Shown: piece after piece, positions 58,252-64,000 of the stretch
Numbering within the stretch: position 1 is the stretch's first letter
Layout: the number at the start of each line of letters is the position of its first letter
Assembly (NCBI GenBank): GCA_963832745.1
Contig: CAWHVC010000005.1
Coordinates: 512,001-576,000, forward strand
Direction: 5' to 3'
DNA: 64,000 nt
From: Candidatus Bathyarchaeota archaeon
GTDB lineage: Archaea; Thermoproteota; Bathyarchaeia; Bathyarchaeales; Bathycorpusculaceae
Program-made: the position numbers and the translations under genes
Notes under the pieces: generated by a model
The model's input: the letters and a program-made list of their open reading frames with translations, nothing else
Told to the model about the DNA's origin: nothing
The model's database searches: none

Positions 58252-59904
58252 GTGAAACCGGATTCGGCTAAAGCCCATAAGTTACTTGCCGTCTTTTTAG
58301 CCGTAGCTATGCTGACATTCACTTTTGCCGTTAACGTCGAATCCGGGTACGCATCAGATGTGCCAGTTGAAACCCAAAGATTTGTCCACAACTACACAAT
58401 CGCTTCTGGAAGCGGCACGTATATCGAGAAACCAGTGTTTCCCGTACAAATCAGCAACGTAACCATTCCTATAGGTGAAAGCTACACAATCATTTGCCCC
58501 TTAGTGGCAGATTACTCTTATCACGTATACTGTTACGGTGACTGGGTACACACTGGACCAGAACCCAAAACCGATTACGACATTTACGTTTACAATCCGC
58601 AAGGCACTTTGGAAAGCACACACACGGAAGCTGCAGGCCTACCCGAGCATTTGGGAACCACAGTGGATGCACCATACTTTACTCCAGAGCAAAGCGGCAA
58701 CTACACCTTTGTGCTCACCAATGACGCCCGTGAAAGCAGCGGGTCAGAACCAGCCACATTCATGCTCATCCAACATTTAGACTGCGACCAATGGTACACG
58801 CAAGAAGTGAAAGGCAAAAGCGGCAGCCAACCACAACTACAAACCAGCTGGGCCTATGAATTCGTAACCAACAGCACACAGATTGAAGTTTACGTGAAAG
58901 TGCCTGACACGCTTGACATGTATGAGGCACGCCTGTATTTGATGAGCGATACTAACTCTACCAGTATCAACAGTACGCCGTTGCCTTGGGAACCGGGACT
59001 TTACGGAAACATAACCGTAGGCAGCATTATAGGCGGCTACAACTTGGAAAGCGAAGGCTACCGTGGAGTAGCATACGCAAGCTGCGAACACTTGGGACAA
59101 GACATGTACATGAAATACGTTATCCCCACAACAAATCAGACAACTGTTAACGGGACAAAAAACCTGTTTCACTTGGTGCTGATGGGTGAAGTCGGCGAAG
59201 GCACAATTGATTTTTTGGTTAAAACCAATTTCGGCGGCGGCTTAACAGCCAACAACCAAATAATAAAAATAACCCCAGATGATGAAGTCAAATTAAGTTA
59301 TGATTCAAGCACTAATCCGTTACGGAAGGCGTTTTTGCAGTATTCCACAAATGACTGGGCAAGCTTTACCGAAACCGAAATGGCGGTAGATAACCGTACA
59401 TGCAACGCTACAATCCCCAAACAATCAGCAGGCACCACCGTAAAATACAAAGTAACCGCTTTGGATACGCTTGAGAATAATTTAACGGCAACCGGAGAAT
59501 ACATCGTAAAGTTGAATGTTATAATGTCAGGTTTCGACGCTACACCAGACACGGTGCTGATTGGAAACAACATCACTTTTACAGGAAACATTGGAAAAGA
59601 AGCAGCAGGCGAAACCATAACCGTACAGGTCATGTCGGCGTTTCAAACAGAATACATCGAAACCACCGCGGGACAGGACGGAAGCTTTACAGCGCAGTTT
59701 ACACCAAACGCGACAGGCACATGGACCGCCCAAGCAAATTACAAGGGAAACAACAAAATCTACGAAACCAACAGCCCAATAATCCAGTTTGAATCAGCCG
59801 AACCCAACTTAATCCAGAAAAACAGCCTAATCTTCGGCGTGGGTTTCATAGGCGTTGTCGCAGCATTCGGCGCTGTGGTATATATTAAAAACAAACGCAG
59901 TTAA
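58252..59904 (+). CDS. Large secreted multi-domain Ig-like protein with C-terminal TM-YIKNKRS
   Basis: Signal peptide, 'DYDIYVYNP', Ig-like repeats, TM followed by a basic tail; start uncertain. Confidence 0.8.
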   Translation: MKPDSAKAHKLLAVFLAVAMLTFTFAVNVESGYASDVPVETQRFVHNYTIASGSGTYIEKPVFPVQISNVTIPIGESYTIICPLVADYSYHVYCYGDWVHTGPEPKTDYDIYVYNPQGTLESTHTEAAGLPEHLGTTVDAPYFTPEQSGNYTFVLTNDARESSGSEPATFMLIQHLDCDQWYTQEVKGKSGSQPQLQTSWAYEFVTNSTQIEVYVKVPDTLDMYEARLYLMSDTNSTSINSTPLPWEPGLYGNITVGSIIGGYNLESEGYRGVAYASCEHLGQDMYMKYVIPTTNQTTVNGTKNLFHLVLMGEVGEGTIDFLVKTNFGGGLTANNQIIKITPDDEVKLSYDSSTNPLRKAFLQYSTNDWASFTETEMAVDNRTCNATIPKQSAGTTVKYKVTALDTLENNLTATGEYIVKLNVIMSGFDATPDTVLIGNNITFTGNIGKEAAGETITVQVMSAFQTEYIETTAGQDGSFTAQFTPNATGTWTAQANYKGNNKIYETNSPIIQFESAEPNLIQKNSLIFGVGFIGVVAAFGAVVYIKNKRS

Positions 59905-59974
59905 GCCTCAAGTTTGTAGGAAATAATATAATAAGGAGGAACTAACCTTTTGTTTTTGCCTGAATCTTTTTTGG

Positions 59975-60101
59975 GCTACGGTAACCAAGCCAGGTCAAAG
60001 GTGAAGGACTCAAGATCAAAACATTTGGCCGGCAAGGCCCCATGTGATGGGAAATCCTTTCCCGCAGGGGTTCGCAGGTTCGAATCCTGCCCGTAGCACC
60101 A
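59975..60101 (+). tRNA. tRNA-Leu(CAA) with a 39-nt intron at 37/38 (60015-60053) and encoded CCA
   Basis: Acceptor GCTACGG/CCGTAGC, anticodon stem AAGGA/TCCTT, CAA at 60011-60013, long variable arm, TTCGAAT loop, BHB with CUCA/UGGG helix and AGA/AAA bulges. Confidence 0.93.
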
Positions 60102-60119
60102 ACCAAACCCAGAAATGCC

Positions 60120-61040
60120 TTATTTTAGAGACTTAAGAAAATCTTCAATGTCTTCAATATACCTGAAGTTAAGGACTTTACGTGTATTCTGTTTAGTAAC
60201 AAAATCTTTAAGCATCCAAAAAACGTGTTCCCGGACTTCTTGAGAGGAACCCCGAGTATCAAACTCATTGTAAAGTTCAATGAAACGCAAAATCTGTCGT
60301 CTTATACCCTCATTATCGATTTGTGCGCTTTGCGGGTCAAAAATCCATGGACTATCCCTTGCGCCCCGCCCTATCATGACAAAGTCGCAGCCAGTCCGCT
60401 CTAACAGGCTAACGCCCTCCGCGTAACTGGTGACGTCGCCGTTTGCCATTACAGGAATGCTGAGTTTTTCTTTCACCTGCTTCATAATTGTCCAGTTTAC
60501 CCGTTTGGCGAGTTTCTGCTCAACCGTCCTGCCGTGAATACAAACAGCTGCTACCCCCGCGTTTTGCAACATCTGGGCAACCTTTACAGCGTTGATGTTT
60601 TGCGAGTCCATGCCTATTCGGATTTTTGCCGTGACAGGCTTCTCCGTCGCTTGGACCATTTTTGTAACAAGCTTTTCCAGCAAAGGAAGATTTGACAGCA
60701 AAAAAGCGCCGTAGCCTTGCTCCAAAATTTCTTTTTCACTGCAACCAACATTGAAGTCGATGATGTCGGCAAACTCTTCCACCTGCCTGACGCTTTTAAT
60801 TAATGAGGTTTCGTTGTTGCCTATTAATTGGACGCTTACGGGTCTTTCGGACTCCTGTATGTTGAGGAGTTCTTTTACTTCGCGCCTGTTCTTGTTTTTA
60901 ACTTGTTCGACGTCGAACATTTGAGTGTAAACTAGGCCTGCATGGTTTTCTTTGCATAGCATGCGGAAAGCGGTGCAGTTTACGGCTGCCATGGGCGCCA
61001 ACACGAATTGGCTGTTAATGTCGACGTTTCCTATTTTCAT
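60120..61040 (-). CDS. dus: tRNA-dihydrouridine synthase (DusB-like)
   Basis: 'LAPMA', 'VQL', 'DFNVGC', 'KIRIG', 'HGRT', 'ANGD', 'MIGRGA'. Confidence 0.93.
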   Translation of the reverse strand: MKIGNVDINSQFVLAPMAAVNCTAFRMLCKENHAGLVYTQMFDVEQVKNKNRREVKELLNIQESERPVSVQLIGNNETSLIKSVRQVEEFADIIDFNVGCSEKEILEQGYGAFLLSNLPLLEKLVTKMVQATEKPVTAKIRIGMDSQNINAVKVAQMLQNAGVAAVCIHGRTVEQKLAKRVNWTIMKQVKEKLSIPVMANGDVTSYAEGVSLLERTGCDFVMIGRGARDSPWIFDPQSAQIDNEGIRRQILRFIELYNEFDTRGSSQEVREHVFWMLKDFVTKQNTRKVLNFRYIEDIEDFLKSLK

Positions 61041-61174
61041 AAGAATTCTTCTTTTTCACTGGTGCGTAGGACATTTTTAACCTTATGTTTAAAAAAGCTA
61101 ACTAATTAAAAAATGGCAGGTTCATAGTGTAATTTTAATACAGCATAGCACCCTTTTAAGAGGTAATCTTTTGC

Positions 61175-61426
61175 TTGGTGGCTTGGTTGACTAAGACAAT
61201 CTTAACTGAAGAAGAAAAGTTGCAACTTAAATTCATAGCTTTGGAGCTTGCTGAGATTCGAAAACAACTTCTTCAACTGACCGAAACCATAGTAAAGCTT
61301 AGTGACAAAAAATTTTTAGAAATATTCAATGTAGCCAAAGATGATTTTACCGAAAAACAGCTGGACAACTACCAGTTGGGACTACAAAAACAAGCAGACA
61401 CAACAGAAGACGAATTCCGATACTAA
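61175..61426 (+). CDS. Small helical hypothetical protein
   Basis: Coiled-coil-like 83 aa ORF; start uncertain. Confidence 0.5.
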   Translation: MVAWLTKTILTEEEKLQLKFIALELAEIRKQLLQLTETIVKLSDKKFLEIFNVAKDDFTEKQLDNYQLGLQKQADTTEDEFRY

Positions 61427-61574
61427 CTCTCATTTGATGATAGCTGAATTATTTTTTGAACACTTTAAACTCAAAGGGTTTCCCGTGGCCAGAAGTAAAT
61501 TTTGCCTATTTTCAGTAGTTAAGCTTTTGAACACTGACTTCATACCCTATCTTGTCAGGTACCAGTGAACCTTT

Positions 61575-61849
61575 TGCTGACGCTTTTTTGTTCTCAAGCT
61601 CGTTAGTATCAAAGCAGACGGTAAAGATTGTTTAGGTAGAGACTATAGAAAGTTGGGGATAGAAATAGTTGTTGTTTGTGACTGGGTTGCGCCTACAACA
61701 AGGGCTTCGACCGGAAACTGAGGGGTGATGAAATAAGCTTATTTTTTGTGTTACATGTTGAGCAAGGGCTTGATTTGCTGTTCTGAACTAAAATTGAAGG
61801 CTTCTGAAAACAAAAGGGCAGATGTTAATGGTTGAAAAAAGCGTCAGCA
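61575..61849. repeat. 15 bp perfect inverted repeat enclosing ~245 bp
   Basis: TGCTGACGCTTTTTT (61575-61589) and AAAAAAGCGTCAGCA (61835-61849). Confidence 0.6.
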
Positions 61850-61968
61850 GCACGTTCAAAAAAGTGCCGCTCATCTTTGGAAACGAAGCAGGTTGACTGA
61901 GTTTATGCACTCCTTAGTCAACAAATACAGTTTTGCATATTCACTTTTCAGAGAGAGAGGGAAAAAGC

Positions 61969-62895
61969 ATGAGCAATTTAGTAAACCCATTAGAGGTTTT
62001 AAAATCAATTTCAGACGCAACCAGCATGCTGATTAGCAAGACAGCAAAATCCGTTGTCAGCATTAGAGCCCAAATGTCCCGCGGTACAGGCGTAGTCATC
62101 TCAAAAGACGGCTACATTGTGACCTGCAACCACGTATTAGCAGGATGCAACACCGTAAAAGTTGGTCAAGGAGAAAAAACCTTCACTGCCAAAATAGTTG
62201 GCACCGACCCATACAATGACGTTGCACTCCTCAAGGCAGAAGGAGAATGGACACCCATGGAAATGGGTGATTCAGAAAAACTCAACGTAGGTCAATACAT
62301 TTTTGCACTCGCAAACCCCTTTAACCGACCACAACCCACAGCAACCACTGGCATAGTAACTAACGCTAGCAGCACAATCCGCGGTTGGCGTGCAACACAA
62401 CTTGAAAACGTCATAGCCACGGACGCACAGCTTAACCCAGGCTTCAGCGGGGGACCACTAATCGACGTAGACGGCAAAGTTATCGGCATAAACACCGCGT
62501 ATGTTTGGCAAAGAGGCATCGCAATTCCAATAAACAAGGTTCGAACCATCGCTGACCGTTTAATGACTGGACGCACAGCCCAACGCGCATATCTAGGCAT
62601 AATCGCTAACACCGTAGCAATTCCATCAGAAATCGCTGAACAAGCAGGCTTAGAACAGGAAACAGGAGTCATGATTTTCAGCGTTGAACCAGAATCGCCC
62701 GCACGCAAAGCAGGATTAACTATGGGCGATGTGCTCGTAAAATTCAACAGTAAACCAGTAAATGAATTCTATGACTTACCAAGATTACTTGCTGAAGACG
62801 TTATCGACAAAGAAGTCAGCCTTACCATTATCCGCAGAGAAAAACTCTTGGAAGGAACAATCAAGCCAACAGCACACGGAGGGAAAGAGGATTGA
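61969..62895 (+). CDS. HtrA/DegP-like serine protease with a PDZ domain, no signal peptide
   Basis: TCNHV, DVALLK, 'NPGFSGGPL' triad motifs; PDZ 'YLGI...SPARKAGL'. Confidence 0.93.
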   Translation: MSNLVNPLEVLKSISDATSMLISKTAKSVVSIRAQMSRGTGVVISKDGYIVTCNHVLAGCNTVKVGQGEKTFTAKIVGTDPYNDVALLKAEGEWTPMEMGDSEKLNVGQYIFALANPFNRPQPTATTGIVTNASSTIRGWRATQLENVIATDAQLNPGFSGGPLIDVDGKVIGINTAYVWQRGIAIPINKVRTIADRLMTGRTAQRAYLGIIANTVAIPSEIAEQAGLEQETGVMIFSVEPESPARKAGLTMGDVLVKFNSKPVNEFYDLPRLLAEDVIDKEVSLTIIRREKLLEGTIKPTAHGGKED

Positions 62896-63053
62896 GTAGT
62901 AGAACATTAGAAATTGACCCGCCAGAACATCTTCCAGCGCCACCACTGCGAGGCAGTCCAACCACAACCATCCAATTCTTCAACAACCTGCCAGCAAACG
63001 GTCACAACGATCGGCCATCACTGCGGCTTTTCATCAGAAACGATTGGAATTAA
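62892..63053 (+). CDS. 53 aa Pro-rich microprotein overlapping the htrA stop (TTGA)
   Basis: MSSRTLEIDPPEHLPAPPLRG...RLFIRNDWN*, followed by a cttcct/aggaag hairpin and T-run. Confidence 0.5.
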   Translation: MSSRTLEIDPPEHLPAPPLRGSPTTTIQFFNNLPANGHNDRPSLRLFIRNDWN

Positions 63054-63060
63054 CAATCAG

Positions 63061-63091
63061 CCTTCCTAAGGAAGGAACCTTTTTTCTTTTT
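63061..63091 (+). terminator. Hairpin plus T-tract after the htrA unit
   Basis: ccttcct-aagg-aaggaacc followed by tttttttcttttt. Confidence 0.45.
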
Positions 63092-63154
63092 AAAACTATT
63101 TTTTTGTAATAGCTTATAAGCGAATATGTTTATCCATGTATTGAAGGGATTCGT

Positions 63155-63550
63155 ATGCATGCTTGGCTCGCCTTTATTTCAGGAATTTTAGTAGCTATGG
63201 CGGGACTGTTGATTTACGCGGCTGTTTCAGGCATTACATATTACGGTTTAGGTTTAGAAATGGAGACAGCTTTGGCAGCGACTTTGTTAGTGATAGCGGC
63301 GATTACGGGGTGGCTGTTTTACGCTGGTTATAAGGCGCAGTATAAACGCGTGAAGACAGGTAAAGAAGCCTTAATCGGGTCCAAAGGAGTCGCTGTGACA
63401 GACATTAAACCTAAAGGTGAAGTCCGCGTTATGGGAGAATTCTGGCAAGCTCTCACAAAAGACGGCGTCATCGCTAACGGTGAAACAGTAGAGGTCCTTG
63501 GAATGGAAGGCATGTTTCTGGTCGTTAAAGCAAGCAAGGACAAAACTTAA
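63155..63550 (+). CDS. nfeD: NfeD family protein (short form, OB fold)
   Basis: Two TMs, 'TGKEALIG', 'GEVRVMGEFWQA'; directly upstream of stomatin. Confidence 0.9.
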   Translation: MHAWLAFISGILVAMAGLLIYAAVSGITYYGLGLEMETALAATLLVIAAITGWLFYAGYKAQYKRVKTGKEALIGSKGVAVTDIKPKGEVRVMGEFWQALTKDGVIANGETVEVLGMEGMFLVVKASKDKT

Positions 63551-63591
63551 CTCTCTAAAGCGCCCAATACCAATATTGAGAGTGTTAATAT

Positions 63592-64000
63592 TTGGTTGAT
63601 GTTTTAACTCCAATTCTAATAATCGTAGGTATTGCTCTTGCCATTTTCTTGTTAAGTGGAATACGTGTACTGCGTGAATGGGAAAGAATGCCAGTGTTGC
63701 GTCTTGGTCGCTACATGGGATTGAAAGGACCAGGAGTAATTTACCTGATTCCTTTAATTGACCGTGCACCAATCCGCATCTCTACACGGCTTGACACTAT
63801 CCAATTCCGCACCGAATCAACATTAACCAAAGACAATGTACCCGTAAATGTTGATTCCGTCCTATACATGAAACCTGTTGACCTGGAAAAAGCTGTACTA
63901 CAGGTTGAAAATTACTATCAAGCGACCCAGTTAGCAGCACAAACCACACTTAGAGAAGTCATCGGTAAAGTCAGCTTAAACGACCTACTTGCTGAACGAG
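63592..64000 (+). CDS. Stomatin-like SPFH protein (3'-partial)
   Basis: TTG start; 'GIRVLREWERMPVLRLGRY...GPG...TLTKDNVPVNVD...AQTTLREVIG'. Confidence 0.9.
   Translation, partial: MVDVLTPILIIVGIALAIFLLSGIRVLREWERMPVLRLGRYMGLKGPGVIYLIPLIDRAPIRISTRLDTIQFRTESTLTKDNVPVNVDSVLYMKPVDLEKAVLQVENYYQATQLAAQTTLREVIGKVSLNDLLAER

Noticed and set aside
63371-63772. 133 aa minus-strand ORF
   Set aside because: Shadow of nfeD and the stomatin gene

Overview
Archaeal chromosome segment, most likely Bathyarchaeia (MCG). The minus-strand 16S rRNA gene carries sites matching the MCG-diagnostic probes, RpoB and RpoA are each unsplit, and no ftsZ lies between dtdA and secE. Core content: ahbABCD heme synthesis, tfs, a P1B ATPase, glpX, dinB, a stand-alone 16S gene with a processing stem, larBCE with a Ni/Co ECF transporter, dtdA-secE-spt5-rpl11-rpl1-rpl10, a frameshifted argF, DNA ligase, trxA, rpoB-rpoA-rpl30e-nusA, an m4C-type DNA methyltransferase, intron-containing tRNA-Leu(CAA), dus, htrA and nfeD-stomatin. 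Four observations stand out. (1) A three-gene operon encodes a short Smc5/6-like ATPase, a kleisin and an Nse3/MAGE-like KITE. (2) Two unrelated surface-protein genes (beta-helix and Kelch) sit in tandem with shared upstream (~75 bp, palindromic) and downstream (~50 bp) DNA flanks, resembling a cassette array. (3) A ~95 bp repeat with a palindrome and an ORB-like core occurs four times in intergenic gaps. (4) A membrane-anchored caspase/gingipain-fold protease candidate shares an extracellular domain with a nearby membrane-tethered wHTH regulator. Several candidate structured RNAs and unannotated microproteins are also present. All calls were made by eye, without database searches.
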